From assembly GCA_964016885.1 (NCBI GenBank), contig OZ024741.1, positions 258,292,001 through 258,356,000 on the forward strand: DNA of 64,000 nucleotides, read 5' to 3'. Within the stretch, counting starts at the first letter, position 1. Each line of letters begins with the position of its first letter. Source of the DNA: Eledone cirrhosa (taxonomy: Eukaryota). Position numbers and translations under genes: made by a program. The notes beneath the pieces were generated by a model. That model did no database searches, had not been told where the DNA came from, and worked only from the letters and a program-made list of their open reading frames with translations. This document shows, piece by piece, positions 39,419-54,314 of the stretch.

Positions 39419-40799
39419 GTTTCGCTTTACGAGTGTTTCGACTTACGAGTGTTTCGACTTACGAGTGTTTCGACTTACGAGTGTTTTGACTTACGAGTGT
39501 TCTGACTTACGAGTGTTCTGACTTACGAGTGTTTCGACTTACGAGTGTTCTGACTTACGAGTGTTCTTACTTACGAATGTTCCGACTTACGAGTGTTTCG
39601 ACTTACGAGTGTTTCGACTTACGAGTGTTTCGACTTACGAGTGTTTAGGCTTACGAGTGTTTTGACTTACGAGTGTTCTGACTACGAGTGTTCTGACTTA
39701 CGAGTCTTTCGGCTTATGAGTGTTTCGACTTACGAGTGTTTCGGCTTACGAGTGTTTCGACTTACGAGTGTTTCGGCTTACGAGTGTTTTGACTTACGAG
39801 TGTTTCGACTTACGAGTGTTTCGACTTACGGGTGTTTCGACATACGAGTGTTTCGACTACGAGTGTTTCGACTTACGAGTGTTTCGGCTTACGAGTGTTT
39901 CGACTTACGAGTGTTTCGACTTACGAGTGTTTTGACTTACTGGTGTTTTGACATACGAGTGTTTCGATACGAGTGTTTCGACTTACGAGTGTTCTGACTT
40001 ACGAGTGTTCTGACTTACGAGTGTTTCGACTTACGAGTGTTCTGACTTAGGAGTGTTCTGACTTACGAATGTTCCGACTTACGAGTGTTTCGACTTACGA
40101 GTGTTTTGACTTACGAGTGTTTCGACTTACGAGTGTTTCGGCTTACGAGTGTTTTGACTTACGAGTGTTCTGACTACGAGTGTTCTGACTTACGAGTGTT
40201 TCGGCTTATGAGTGTTTCGACTTACGAGTGTTTCAGCTTATGAGTGTTTCGACTTACGAGTGTTTCGGCTTACGAGTGTTTTGACTTACGAGTGTTTTGA
40301 CTTACATGTGTTTCGACTTACGCGTGTTTCGACTTACGAGTGTTTCGACTTGCGAGTGTTTCGACTACGGGTGTTTCGACTTACGAATGTTTTGACTTAC
40401 GGATGTTTTGACTTACGGGTGTTTCGGCTTACGAGTGTTTCGACTTACGAGTGTTTCGACTTACGAGTGTTTTGACTTACGAGTGTTTTGAATTACGGTG
40501 TTTCGGCTTACGAGTGTTTCGACTTACGTGTGTTTTGACTTACGGGTGTTTTGACATACGAGTGTTTCGATACGAGTGTTCTGACTTACGAGTGTTCTGA
40601 CTTACGAGTGTTCTGACTTACGAGTGTTCTGACTTACGAGTGTTCTGACATACGTGTGTTCTGACTTACGAGTGTTCCGATTTACGAGTGTTTCGGCATA
40701 TGAGTGTTTCGACTTACGGATGTTTTTGCTTACGGGTGTTTCGACTTACGAATGTTTTTGCTTACGAGTGTTTCGGCTTACGAGTGTTTCGACTTACGA

Positions 40800-40868
40800 A
40801 AATAACAAATAGACGCGGTTTCAAATCTCTATGCTTTTCAAATTCATTACATTAATCTTTATTTACAC
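40800..40868 (+). repeat. 69-bp element, copy 23 (TACAC subtype)
   Basis: Direct match. Confidence 0.95.
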
Positions 40869-41534
40869 GTTTCGCTTTACGAGTGTTTCGACTTACGAGT
40901 GTTTCGACTTACGAGTGTTTCGACTTACGAGTGTTTTGACTTACGAGTGTTCTGACTTACGAGTGTTCTGACTTACGAGTGTTTCGACTTAGGAGTGTTC
41001 TGACTTACGAGTGTTCTTACTTACGAATGTTCCGACTTACGAGTGTTTCGACTTACGAGTGTTTCGTCTTACGAGTGTTTCGACTTACGAGTGTTTAGGC
41101 TTACGAGTGTTTTGACTTACGAGTGTTCTGACTACGAGTGTTCTGACTTACGAGTGTTTCGGCTTATGAGTGTTTCGACTTACGAGTGTTTCGGCTTACG
41201 AGTGTTTCGACTTACGAGTGTTTCGGCTTACGAGTGTTTCGACTTACGAGTGTTTCGACTTACGAGTGTTTCGACTTACGGGTGTTTCGACTTACGAGTG
41301 TTTCGACTACGAGTGTTTCGACTTACGAGTGTTTCGGCTTACGAGTGTTTCGACATACGGGTGTTTCGACTTACGGTGTTTCGGCTTACGAGTGTTTAGA
41401 TACGAGTGTTCTGACTTACGAGTGTTCTGACTTACGAGTGTTCTGACTTACGAGTGTTCTGACTTACGAGTGTTCCGACTTTACGAGTGTTTCGGCTCAC
41501 GAGTGTTTCGGCTTACGAGTGTTTCGACTTACGA

Positions 41535-41603
41535 AAATAACAAATAGACGCGGTTTCAAATCTCTATGCTTTTCAAATTCGTTACATTAATCTTTATTTA
41601 TAC
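41535..41603 (+). repeat. 69-bp element, copy 24 (TTCGTT subtype)
   Basis: Direct match. Confidence 0.95.
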
Positions 41604-43678
41604 GTTTCGCTTTACGAGTGTTTCGACTTACGAGTGTTTCGACATACGAGTGTTTCGGCTTACGAGTGTTTTAATTTACGAGTGTTTTGAATTCCGGGTG
41701 CTTCGACTTACGCGTGTTTCGACTTACGAGTGTTTCGACTTACGAGTGTTTCGACTTACGAGTGATTCGACTTACGAATGTTTTGACTTACGGGTGTTTC
41801 GGCTTGCGAGTGTTTCGACTTACGAGTGTTTCGGCTTATGAGTGTTTCGACTTACTAATGTTTTTACTTACGAGTGTTTCGGCGTACGAGTCTTTTGACT
41901 TACGAGTGTTTCGACTTACGAGTGTTTTGACTTACGAATGTTCTGACTTACGGGTGTTTCGGCTTACGAGTGTTTCGACTTACGAGTGTTTCGGCTGGCG
42001 AGTGTTTCGACTTACGAGTGTTTTGACTTAAGGGTGTTTCGACTTACGAGTGTTTCGACTTACGAGTGTTTCGACTTACGAGTGTTTCGGCTTACGAGTG
42101 TTTTGACTTAGGGTGTTTCGACTTACGAGTGTTTCGATAGGAGTGTTTCGACTTACGAGTGTTCTGACTTACGATTGTTCTGACTTACGAGCGTTCTGAC
42201 TTACGAGTGTTCTGACTTACGAGTGTTTCGGCTTACGAGTGTTTCGGCTTACGAGTGTTTCGACTTACGAGTGTTTCGACTTACGAGTGTTCCGACTTAC
42301 GGGTGTTTCGACTTACGAGTGTTTTGGCTTATAGTGTTTCGGCTTACGAGTGTTTCGAGTTAAGAGTGTTTTGACTTACGAGTGTTCTGACTTACGAGTG
42401 TTCTGACTTACGAGTGTTCTGACTTACGAGTGTTCCGTACGAGTGTTTCGATACGAGTGTTTCGACTTACGAGTGTTCTGACTTACGAGTGTTCCGACTT
42501 ACGAGTGTCTCGGCTTACGAGTGTTTCGGCTTACGAGTGTTTCGACTTACGAGTGTTTCGTCTTACGAGTGTTCCGACTTACGGGTGTTTCGACTTACGA
42601 GTGTTTTGGCTTACGGTGTTTCGACTTACGAGTGTTTCGGCTTACGAGTGTTTTGACTTAAGGGTGTTTCGACTTACGAGTGTTTCGATATGAGTGTTTC
42701 GATTTACGAGTGTTTCGGCTTACGAGTGTTTCGACTTACGAGTGTTTCGACTTACGAGTGTTCTGATTTACGGATGTTTCGACATACGAGTGTTTCGACT
42801 TACGAGTGTTTCGACTTACGAGTGTTTTGACTTACGGGTGTTTTGACATACGAGTGTTTCGATACGAGTGTTTCGACTTACGAGTGTTCTGACTTACGAT
42901 TGTTCTGACTTACGAGCGTTCTGACTTACGAGTGTTTCGGCTTACAAGTGATTCGACTTACGAATGTTTTGACTTACGGGTGTTTCGGCTTGCGAGTGTT
43001 TCGACTTACGAGTGTTTCGGCTTGCGAGTGTTTCGACTTACTAATGATTTTACTTACGAGTGTTTCGGCGTACGAGTGTTTCGACTTACGAGTGTTTCGA
43101 CTTACGGGTGTTTTGACTTACGGGTGTTTCGGCTTACGAGTGTTTCGACTTACGAGTGTTTTGACTTAAGGGTGTTTCGACTTACGAGTGTTTCGGCTTA
43201 CGAGTGTTTCGGATTACGAGTGTTTTGACTTGAGGGTTTTCGACTTACGAGTGTTTCGATACGAGTGTTTCGACTTACGAGTGTTCTGACTTATGAGTGT
43301 TCTGACTTACGAGTGTTCTGACTTACAAGTGTTCTTACTTACGACTGTTCCGACTTACGAGTGTTCCGACTTACGAGTGTTTCGGCTTACGAGTGTTTCG
43401 GCTTACGAGTGTTTCGACTTACGAGTGTTCCGACTTACGGGTGTTTCGACTTACGAGTGTTTTGGCTTACGGTGTTTCGGCTTACGAGTGTTTCGAATTA
43501 CGAGAGTTTTGACTTACGCGCGTTTTGACATACGAGTGTTTCGATACGAGTGTTCTGACTTACGAGTGTTCTGACTTACGAGTGTTCTGAGTTACGAGTG
43601 TTCTGACTTACGAGTGTTCCGACTTTACGAGTGTTTCGGCTCACGAGTGTTTCGGCTTACAAGTGTTTCGACTTACGA

Positions 43679-43747
43679 AAATAACAAATAGACGCGGTTT
43701 CAAATCTCTATGCTTTTCAAATTCATTACATTAATCTTTATTCATAC
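43679..43747 (+). repeat. 69-bp element, copy 25 (TTCATAC subtype)
   Basis: Direct match. Confidence 0.95.
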
Positions 43748-46700
43748 GTTTCGCTTTACGAGTGTTTCGACTTACGAGTGTTTCGACATACGAGTGTTTC
43801 GGCTTACGAGTGTTTTGATTTACGAGTGTTTTGACTTACGGTTGCTTCGACTTACGCGTGTTTCGACTTACGAGTGTTTCGACTTACGAGTGTTTCGACT
43901 TACGAGTGTTTCGGCTTACGAGTGTTTTGACTTACGAGTGTTTCGGCTGGCGAGTGTTTCGACTTACGAGTGTTTTGACTTAAGGGTGTTTCGACTTACG
44001 AGTGTTTCGACTTACGAGTGTTTCGACTTACGAGTGTTTCGGCTTACGAGTGTTTTGACTTAAGGGTGTTTCGACTTACGAGTGTTTCGATACGAGTGTG
44101 TCGACTTACGAGTGTTCTGACTTACGAGTGTTCCGACTTACGAGTGTCTCGGCTTACGAGTGTTTCGGCTTACGAGTGTTTCGACTTACGAGTGTTTCGA
44201 CTTACGAGTGTTCCGAATTACGTGTGTTTCGACTTACGAGTGTTTTGGCTTACGGTGTTTCGACTTACGAGTGTTTCGGCTTACGAGTGTTTTGACTTAA
44301 GGGTGTTTCGACTTACGAGTGTTTCGATACGAGTGTTTCGACTTACGAGTGTTTCGACTTACGAGTGTTCTGATTTACGGATGTTTCGACATACGAGTGT
44401 TTCGACTTACGAGTGTTTCGACTTACGAGTGTTTTGACTTACGCGTGTTTTGACATACGAGTGTTCTGACTTACGAGTGTTCTGACTTACGAGTGTTCTG
44501 ACTTACGAGTGTTCTGACTTACGAGTGTTCCGACTTACGAGTGTTTCGACTTACGAGTGTTCCGAATTACGTGTGTTTCGACTTACGAGTGTTTTGGCTT
44601 ACGGTGTTTCGACTTACGAGTGTTTCGGCTTACGAGTGTTTTGACTTAAGGGTGTTTCGACTTACGAGTGTTTCGATACGAGTGTTTCGACTTACGAGTG
44701 TTTCGACTTACGAGTGTTCTGATTTACGGATGTTTCGACATACGAGTGTTTCGACTTACGAGTGTTTCGACTTACGAGTGTTCTGATTTACGGATGTTTC
44801 GACATACGAGTGTTTCGGCTCACGGGTGTTTCGGCTTACGAGTGTTTCGACTTACGAGTGTTTCGACATACGAGTGTTTCGACTTACGAATGTTTTTGCT
44901 TACGGGTGTTTCGACTTACGAATGTTTTTGCTTACGAGTGTTTCGGTTTACGAGTGTTCCGACTTACGAGTGTTCCGACTTACGAGTGTTTCGGCTTACG
45001 AGTGTTTCCGGCTTACGAGTGTTTCGACTTACGAGTGTTTCGAGTTACGAGTGTTTTGACTTACGGTGTTTCGGCTTACGAGTGATTAGACTTACGAGTG
45101 TTTTGACTTACGGGTGTTTTGACTTACGGGTGTTGTGAATTACGAATGTTCCGATTTACGAGTGTTTTGACTTACGGTGTTTCGGCTTACAAGTGATTCG
45201 ACTTACGAATGTTTTGACTTACGGGTGTTTCGGCTTGCGTGTGTTTCGACTTACGAGTGTTTCGGCTTATGAGTGTTTCGACTTACTAATGTTTTTACTT
45301 ACGAGTGTTTCGGCGTACGAGTGTTTTGACTTACGAGTGTTTCGACTTACGAGTGTTTTGACGTACGAATGTTTTGACTTACGGGTGTTTCGGCTTACGA
45401 GTGTTTCGACTTACGAGTGTTTCGGCTTGCGAGTGTTTCGACTTACTAATGTTTTTACTTACGAGTGTTTCGGCGTACGAGTGTTTCGACTTACGAGTTA
45501 TTCGACTTAAGGGTGTTTCGACTTACGAGTGTTTCGACTTACGAGTGTTTCGACTTACGAGTGTTTCGACTTACGGGTGTTTCGACTTACGAGTGTTTTG
45601 GCTTACGGTGTTTCGACTTACGAGTGTTTCGGCTTACGAGTGTTTTGACTTAAGGGTGTTTCGACTTACGAGTGTTTCGATACGAGTGTTTCGACTTACG
45701 AGTGTTTCGGCTTACGAGTGTTTCGACTTACGAGTGTTTCGACTTGCGAGTGTTCTGATTTACGGATGTTTCGAAATACGAATGTTTCGACTTACGTGTG
45801 TTTCGACTTACGAGTGTTTTGACTTACGGGTGTTTTGACATACGAGTGTTTCGATACGAGTGTTTCGACTTACGAGTGTTCTGACTTACGATTGTTCTGA
45901 CTTACGAGCGTTCTGACTTACGAGTGTTTCGGCTTACGAGTGTTTCGGCTTACGAGTGTTTCGACTTACGAGTGTTTCGACTTACGAGTGTTCCGATTTA
46001 CGAGTGTTTTGACTTACGGTGTTTCGGCTTACGAGTTATTCGACTTACGAATGTTTTGACTTACGGGTGTTTCGGCTTGCGAGTGTTTCGACTTACGAGT
46101 GTTTCGGCTTATGAGTGTTTCGACTTACTAATGTTTTTACTTACGAGTGTTTCGGCGTACGAGTGTTTTGACTTACGAGTGTTTCGACTTACGAGTGTTT
46201 TGACTTACGAATGTTTTGACTTACGGGTGTTTCGGCTTACGAGTCTTTCGACTTACGAGTGTTTCGGCTGGCGAGTGTTTCGACTTACGAGTGTTTTGAC
46301 TTAAGGGTGTTTCGACTTACGAGTGTTTCGACTTACGAGTGTTTCGACTTACGAGTGTTTCGGCTTACGAGTGTTTTGACTTAAGGGTGTTTCGACTTAC
46401 GAGTGTTTCGATACGAGTGTTTCGACTTACGAGTGTTATGACTTACGAATGTTCCGACTTACGAGTGTCTCGGCTTACGAGTGTTTCGGCTTACGAGTGT
46501 TTCGACTTACGAATGTTTTGACTTACGATTGTTTCGGCTTACGAGTGTTTCGACTTACGAGTGTTCTGACTACGAGTGTTCTGACTTACGGGTGTTCTGA
46601 CTTACGAGTGTTCCGACTTACGAGTGTTTCGGCTTATGAGTGTTTCGACTTACGAGTGCTTCGACTTACGAGTGTTTCGGCTTACGGGTGTTTCGACTTA

Positions 46701-49164
46701 CGAATGTTTTTGCTTACGAGTGTTTCGGCTTACGAGTGTTTCGGCTTATGAGTGTTTCGAATTACGAGTGTTTTGACTTACGGGTGTTTTGACATACGAG
46801 TGTTTCGATACGAGTGTTCTGACTTACGAGTGTTTCCGCTTACGAGTGTTTCGGCTTACGAGTGTTTCGACTTACTAATGTTTTTACTTACGAGTGTTTC
46901 GGTGTACGAGTGTTTCGACTTAAGGATGTTTCGACTTATGAGTGTTTCGACTTACGAGTGTTTCGACTTACGAGTGTTTTGACTTACGAGTGTTCTGACT
47001 TATGGGTGTTTTGACATACGAGTGTTTCGATACGAATGCTCAGACTTACGAGTGTTCTGACTTACGAGTGTTCTGACTTACGAGTGTTCTGACTTACGGG
47101 TGTTCTGACTTACGTGTGTTCCGACTTACGAGTGTTTCGGCTATGGGTGTTTCGACTTACGAGTGTTTCGACTTACGAATGTTTTGGCTTACGAGTGTTT
47201 CGGCTTAGGAGTGTTTCGACTTACGAATGTTTTGGCTTACGAGTGTTTCGGCTTACGGGTGTTTCGACTTACGAGTGTTTCGACTTACGAGTGTTTTGAC
47301 TTACGGTGTTTCGGCTTACGAGTTATTCGACATACGAGTGTTTCGACACACGAGTGTTTTGACTTACGGGGGTTTCGACTTACGGGTGTTTCGACTTACG
47401 AGTGTTTCGGCTTACGAGTGTTTCGACTTACTAATGTTTTTACTTACGAGTGTTTCGGTGTACGAGTGTTTCGACTTAAGGATGTTTCGACTTACGAGTG
47501 TTTCGACTTACGAGTGTTTCGGCTTACGTGAGTTTCGACTTAAGGGTGTTTTGACTTACGCGTGTTGTGAATTACGAGTGTTCCGATTTACGAGTGTTTT
47601 GACTTACGGTGTTTCGGCTTACGAGTTATTCGACTTACGAATGTTTTGACTTACGGGTGTTTTGGCTTGCGAGTGTTTCGACTTACGAGTGTTTCGGCTT
47701 ATGAGTGTTTCGACTTACTAATGTTTTTACTTACGAGTGTTTCGGCGTACGAGTGTTTTGACTTACGAGTGTTTCGACTTACGGGTGTTTCGGCTTACGA
47801 GTCTTTCGACTTACGAGTGTTTCGGCTGGCAAGTGTTTCGACTTACGAGTGTTTTGACTTACGAGTCTTTCGACTTACGAGTGTTTCGGCTTACGAGTGT
47901 TTTGACTTAAGGGTGTTTCGAATTACGAGTGTTTCGATACGAGTGTTTCGACTTACGAGTGTTCTGACTTACGAGTGTTCCGACTTACGAGTGTCTCGGC
48001 TTACGAGTGTTTCGGCTTACGAGTGTTTCGACTTACGAGTGTTTCGACTTACGAGTGTTCCGACTTACGGGTGTTTCGACTTACGAGTGTTTTGGCTTAC
48101 GGTGTTTCGACTTACGAGTGTTTCGGCTTACGAGTGTTTTGACTTAAGGGTGTTTCGACTTACGAGTGTTTCGATATGAGTGTTTCGATTTACGAGTGTT
48201 TCGGCTTACGAGTGTTTCGACTTACGAGTGTTTCGACTTACGAGTGTTCTGATTTACGGATGTTTCGACATACGAGTGTTTCGACTTACGAGTGTTTCGA
48301 CTTACGAGTGTTTTGACTTACGGGTGTTTTGACATACGAGTGTTTCGATACGAGTGTTTCGACTTACGAGTGTTCTGACTTACGATTGTTCTGACTTACG
48401 AGCGTTCTGACTTACGAGTGTTTCGGCTTACAAGTGATTCGACTTACGAATGTTTTGACTTACGGGTGTTTCGGCTTGCGAGTGTTTCGACTTACGAGTG
48501 TTTCGGCTTGCGAGTGTTTCGACTTACTAATGATTTTACTTACGAGTGTTTCGGCGTACGAGTGTTTCGACTTACGAGTGTTTCGACTTACGGGTGTTTT
48601 GACTTACGGGTGTTTCGGCTTACGAGTGTTTCGACTTACGAGTGTTTTGACTTAAGGATGTTTCGACTTACGAGTGTTTCGACTTACGAGTGTTTCGGAT
48701 TACGAGTGTTTTGACTTGAGGGTTTTCGACTTACGAGTGTTTCGATACGAGTGTTTCGACTTACGAGTGTTCTGACTTATGAGTGTTCTGACTTACGAGT
48801 GTTCTGATTTACAAGTGTTCTTACTTACGACTGTTCCGGCTTACGAGTGTTCCGACTTACGAGTGTTTCGGCTTACGAGTGTTTCGGCTTACGAGTGTTT
48901 GGACTTACGAGTGTTCCGACTTACGGGTGTTTCGACTTACGAGTGTTTTGGCTTACGGTGTTTCGGCTTACGAGTGTTTCGAATTACGAGAGTTTTGACT
49001 TACGCGTGTTTTGACATACGAGTGTTTCGATACGAGTGTTCTGACTTACGAGTGTTCTGACTTACGAGTGTTCTGAGTTACGAGTGTTCTGACTTACGAG
49101 TGTTCCGACTTTACGAGTGTTTCGGCTCACGAGTGTTTCGGCTTACAAGTGTTTCGACTTACGA

Positions 49165-49233
49165 AAATAACAAATAGACGCGGTTTCAAATCTCTATGCT
49201 TTTCAAATTCATTACATTAATCTTTATTCATAC
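49165..49233 (+). repeat. 69-bp element, copy 26 (TTCATAC subtype)
   Basis: Direct match. Confidence 0.95.
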
Positions 49234-50665
49234 GTTTCGCTTTACGAGTGTTTCGACTTACGAGTGTTTCGACATACGAGTGTTTCGGCTTACGAGTGTT
49301 TTGATTTACGAGTGTTTTGACTTACGGGTGCTTCGACTTACGCGTGTTTCGACTTACGAGTGTTTCGACTTACGAATGTTTTTGCTTACGAGTGTTTCGG
49401 TTTACGAGTGTTCCGACTTACGAGTGTTCCGACTTACGAGTGTTTCGGCTTACGAGTGTTTCCGGCTTACGAGTGTTTCGACTTACGAGTGTTTCGACTT
49501 ACGAGTGTTTTGACTTACGGTGTTTCGGCTTACGAGTGATTAGACTTACGAGTGTTTTGACTTACGGGTGTTTTGACTTACGGGTGTTGTGAATTACGAG
49601 TGTTCCGATTTACGAGTGTTTTGACTTACTGTGTTTCGGCTTACAAGTGATTCGACTTACGAATGTTTTGACTTACGGGTGTTTCGGCTTGCGTGTGTTT
49701 CGACTTACGAGTGTTTCGGCTTATGAGTGTTTCGACTTACTAATGTTTTTACTTACGAGTGTTTCGGCGTACGAGTGTTTTGACTTACGAGTGTTTCGAC
49801 TTACGAGTGTTTTGACGTACGAATGTTTTGACTTACGGGTGTTTCGGCTTACGAGTGTTTCGACTTACGAGTGTTTCGACTTGCGAGTGTTTCGACTTAC
49901 TAATGTTTTTACTTACGAGTGTTTCGGCGTACGAGTGTTTCGACTTACGAGTGTTTCGACTTAAGGGTGTTTCGACTTACGAGTGTTTCGACTTACAAGT
50001 GTTTCGACTTACGAGTGTTTCGACTTACGGGTGTTTCGACTTACGAGTGTTTTGGCTTACGGTGTTTCGACTTACGAGTGTTTCGGCTTACGAGTGTTTT
50101 GACTTAAGGGTGTTTCGACTTACGATTGTTTCGATACGAGTGTTTCGACTTACGAGTGTTTCGGCTTACGAGTGTTTCGACTTACGAGTGTTTCGACTTA
50201 CGAGTGTTCTGATTTACGGATGTTTCGAAATACGAGTGTTTCGACTTACGAGTGTTTCGACTTACAAGTGTTTTGACTTACGGGTGTTTTGACATACGAG
50301 TGTTTCGATACGAGTGTTTCGACTTACGAGTGTTCTGACTTACGATTGTTCTGACTTACGAGCGTTCTGACTTACGAGTGTTTCGGCTTACGAGTGTTTC
50401 GGCTTACGAGTGTTTCGACTTACGAGTGTTTCGACTTACGAGTGTTCCGACTTACGGGTGTTTCGACTTACGAGTGTTTTGGCTTACGGTGTTTCGACTT
50501 ACGAGTGTTTCGAGTTAAGAGTGTTTTGACTTACGCGTGTTTTGACATACGAGTGTTCTGACTTACGAGTGTTCTGACTTACGAGTGTTCTGACTTACGA
50601 GTGTTCCGACTTTACGAGTGTTTCGGCTCACGAGTGTTTCGGCTTACGAGTGTTTCGACTTACGA

Positions 50666-50734
50666 AAATAACATATATACGCGGTTTCAAATCTCTATGC
50701 TTTTCAAATTCATTACATTAATCTTTATTTATAC
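50666..50734 (+). repeat. 69-bp element, copy 27 (AACATAT subtype plus one private change)
   Basis: AACATATATACGCGG variant. Confidence 0.95.
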
Positions 50735-53135
50735 GTTTCGCTTTACGAGTGTTTCGACTTACGAGTGTTTCGACATACGAGTGTTTCGACTTACGAATGT
50801 TTTTGCTTACGGGTGTTTCGACTTACGAATGTTTCGGCTTACGAGTGTTTCGACTTACGAGTGTTCTAACTTACGAGTGTTCTGACTTATGAGTGTTCTG
50901 ACTTACGAGTGTTCTGACTTACGAGTGTTCTGACTTACGAGTGTTTTGACTTACGGTGTTTCGGCTTACAAGTGATTCGACTTACGAATGTTTTGACTTA
51001 CGGGTGTTTCGGCTTGCGAGTGTTTCGACTTACGAGTGTTTCGGCTTATGAGTGTTTCGACTTACTAATGTTTTTACTTACGAGTGTTTCGGCGTACGAG
51101 TGTTTTGACTTACGAGTGTTTCGGCTTACGAGTGTTTCGACTTACGAGTGTTCTGACTTACGAGTGTTCTGACTTATGAGTGTTCTGACTTACGAGTGTT
51201 CTGACTTACGAGTGTTCCGACTTACGAGTGTTTCGGCTTACGAGTGTTTCGGCTTACGAGTGTTTCGTCTTACGAGTGTTCTGACTTACGAGTGTTCTGA
51301 CTTATGAGTGTTCTGACTTACGAGTGTTCTGACTTACGAGTGTTTTGACTTACGGTGTTTCGGCTTACGAGTTATTCGACATACGAGTGTTTCGACACAC
51401 GAGTGTTTTGACTTACGGGGGTTTCGACTTACGGGTGTTTCGACTTACGAGTGTTTCGGCTTACGAGTGTTTCGACTTACTAATGTTTTTACTTACGAGT
51501 GTTTCGGTGTACGAGTATTTCGACTTAAGGATGTTTCGACTTACGAGTGTTTCGACTTACGAGTGTTTCGGCTTACGTGAGTTTCGACTTAAGGGTGTTT
51601 TGACTTACGCGTGTTGTGAATTACGAGTGTTCCGATTTACGAGTGTTTTGACTTACGGTGTTTCGGCTTACGAGTTATTCGACTTACGAATGTTTTGACT
51701 TACGGGTGTTTTGGCTTGCGAGTGTTTCGACTTACGAGTGTTTCGGCTTATGAGTGTTTCGACTTACTAATGTTTTTACTTACGAGTGTTTCGGCGTACG
51801 AGTGTTTTGACTTACGAGTGTTTCGACTTACGGGTGTTTCGGCTTACGAGTCTTTCGACTTACGAGTGTTTCGGCTGGCAAGTGTTTCGACTTACGAGTG
51901 TTTTGACTTACGAGTGTTTCGACTTACGAGTGTTTCGGCTTACGAGTGTTTTGACTTAAGGGTGTTTCGAATTACGAGTGTTTCGATACGAGTGTTTCGA
52001 CTTACGAGTGTTCTGACTTACGAGTGTTCCGACTTACGAGTGTCTCGGCTTACGAGTGTTTCGGCTTACGAGTGTTTCGACTTACGAGTGTTTCGACTTA
52101 CGAGTGTTCCGACTTACGGGTGTTTCGACTTACGAGTGTTTTGGCTTACGGTGTTTCGACTTACGAGTGTTTCGGCTTACGAGCGTTTTGACTTAAGTGT
52201 GTTTCGACTTACGAGTGTTTCGATACGAGTGTTTCGATTTACGAGTGTTTCGGCTTACGAGTGTTTCGACTTACGAGTGTTTCGACTTACGAGTGTTTTG
52301 ACTTACGGGTGTTTTGACATACGAGTGTTTCGATACGAGTGTTTCGACTTACGAGTGTTCTGACTTACGATTGTTCTGACTTACGAGCGTTCTGACTTAC
52401 GAGTGTTTCGGCTTACAAGTGATTCGACTTACGAATGTTTTAACTTACGGGTGTTTCGGCTTGCGAGTGTTTCGACTTACGAGTGTTTCGGCTTGCGAGT
52501 GTTTCGACTTACTAATGATTTTACTTACGAGTCTTTCGGCGTACGAGTGTTTCGACTTACGAGTGTTTCGACTTACGGGTGTTTTGACTTACGGGTGTTT
52601 CGGCTTACGAGTGTTTCGACTTACGAGTGTTTCGACTTACGAGTGTTTCGGATTACGAGTGTTTTGACTTGAGGGTTTTCGACTTACGAGTGTTTCGATA
52701 CGAGTGTTTCGACTTACGAGTGTTCTGACTTACGAGTGTTCTGACTTACGAGTGTTCTGACTTACAAGTGTTCTTACTTACGACTGTTTCGACTTACGAG
52801 TGTTCCGACTTACGAGTGTTTCGGCTTACGAGTGTTTCGGCTTACGAGTGTTTCGACTTACGAGTGTTCCGACTTACGGGTGTTTCGACTTACGGGTGTT
52901 TCGACTTACGAGTGTTTTAGCTTACGGTGTTTCGACTTACGAGTGTTTCGAGTTAAGAGTGTTTTGACTTACGCGTGTTTTGACATACGAGTGTTCTGAC
53001 TTACGAGTGTTGTGACTTACGAGTGTTCTGACTTACGAGTGTTCTGAGTTACGAGTGTTCTGACTTACGAGTGTTCCGACTTTACGAGTGTTTCGGCTCA
53101 CGAGTGTTTCGGCTTACGAGTGTTTCGACTTACGA

Positions 53136-53204
53136 AAATAACAAATAGACGCGGTTTCAAATCTCTATGCTTTTCAAATTCATTACATTAATCTTTATTC
53201 ATAC
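53136..53204 (+). repeat. 69-bp element, copy 28 (TTCATAC subtype)
   Basis: Direct match. Confidence 0.95.
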
Positions 53205-54314
53205 GTTTCGCTTTACGAGTGTTTCGACTTACGAGTGTTTCGACATACGAGTGTTTCGGCTTACGAGTGTTTTGATTTACGAGTGTTTTGACTTACGGGT
53301 GCTTCGACTTACGCGTGTTTCGACTTACGAGTGTTTCGACTTACGAGTGTTTCGACTTACGAGTGTTTCGGCTTACGAGTGTTTTGACTTACGAGTGTTT
53401 CGGCTGGCGAGTGTTTCGACTTACGAGTGTTTTGACTTAAGGGTGTTTCGACTTACGAGTGTTTCGACTTACGAGTGTTTCGGCTTACGAGTGTTTTGAC
53501 TTAAGGGTGTTTCGACTTACGAGTGTTTCGATACGAGTGTTTCGACTTACGAGTGTTCTGACTTACGAGTGTTCCGACTTACGAGTGTCTCGGCTTACGA
53601 GTGTTTCGGCTTACGAGTGTTTCGACTTACGAGTGTTTCGACTTACGAGTGTTCCGAATTACGTTTGTTTCGACTTACGAGTGTTTTGGCTTACGGTGTT
53701 TCGACTTACGAGTGTTTCGGCTTACGAGTGTTTTGACTTAAGGGTGTTTCGACTTACGAGTGTTTCGATACGAGTGTTTCGACTTACGAGTGTTTCGATA
53801 CGAGTGTTTCGACTTACGAGTGTTTCGGCTTACGAGTGTTTCGACTTACGAGTGTTTCGACTTACGAGTGTTCTGATTTACGGATGTTTCGAGATACGAG
53901 TGTTTCGACTTACGAGTGTTTCCGACTTACGAGTGTTTTGACTTACGTGTGTTTTGACATACGAGTGTTTCGATACGAGTGTTTCGACTTACGAGTGTTC
54001 TGACTTACGATTGTTCTGACTTACGAGCGTTCTGACTTACGAGTGTTTCGGCTTACGAGTGTTTCGGCTTACGAGTGTTTCGACTTACGGGTGTTTCGAC
54101 TTACGAGTGTTTTGGCTTACGGTGTTTCGACTTACGAGTGTTTCGAGTTAAGAGTGTTTTGACTTACGCGTGTTTTGACATACGAGTGTTCTGACTTACG
54201 AGTGTTCTGACTTACGAGTGTTCTGACTTACGAGTGTTCTGACTTACGAGTGTTCCGACTTTACGAGTGTTTCGGCTCACGAGTGTTTCGGCTTACGAGT
54301 GTTTCGACTTACGA

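Larger units (their letters stand above)
38410..41310 (+). repeat. Tandem higher-order duplication, period 1,450 bp
   Basis: TGGTGTTTTG at 38491 and 39941, elements at 39350 and 40800, and ORF pairs 38762/40212 and 39593/41043. Boundaries are approximate. Confidence 0.88.
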
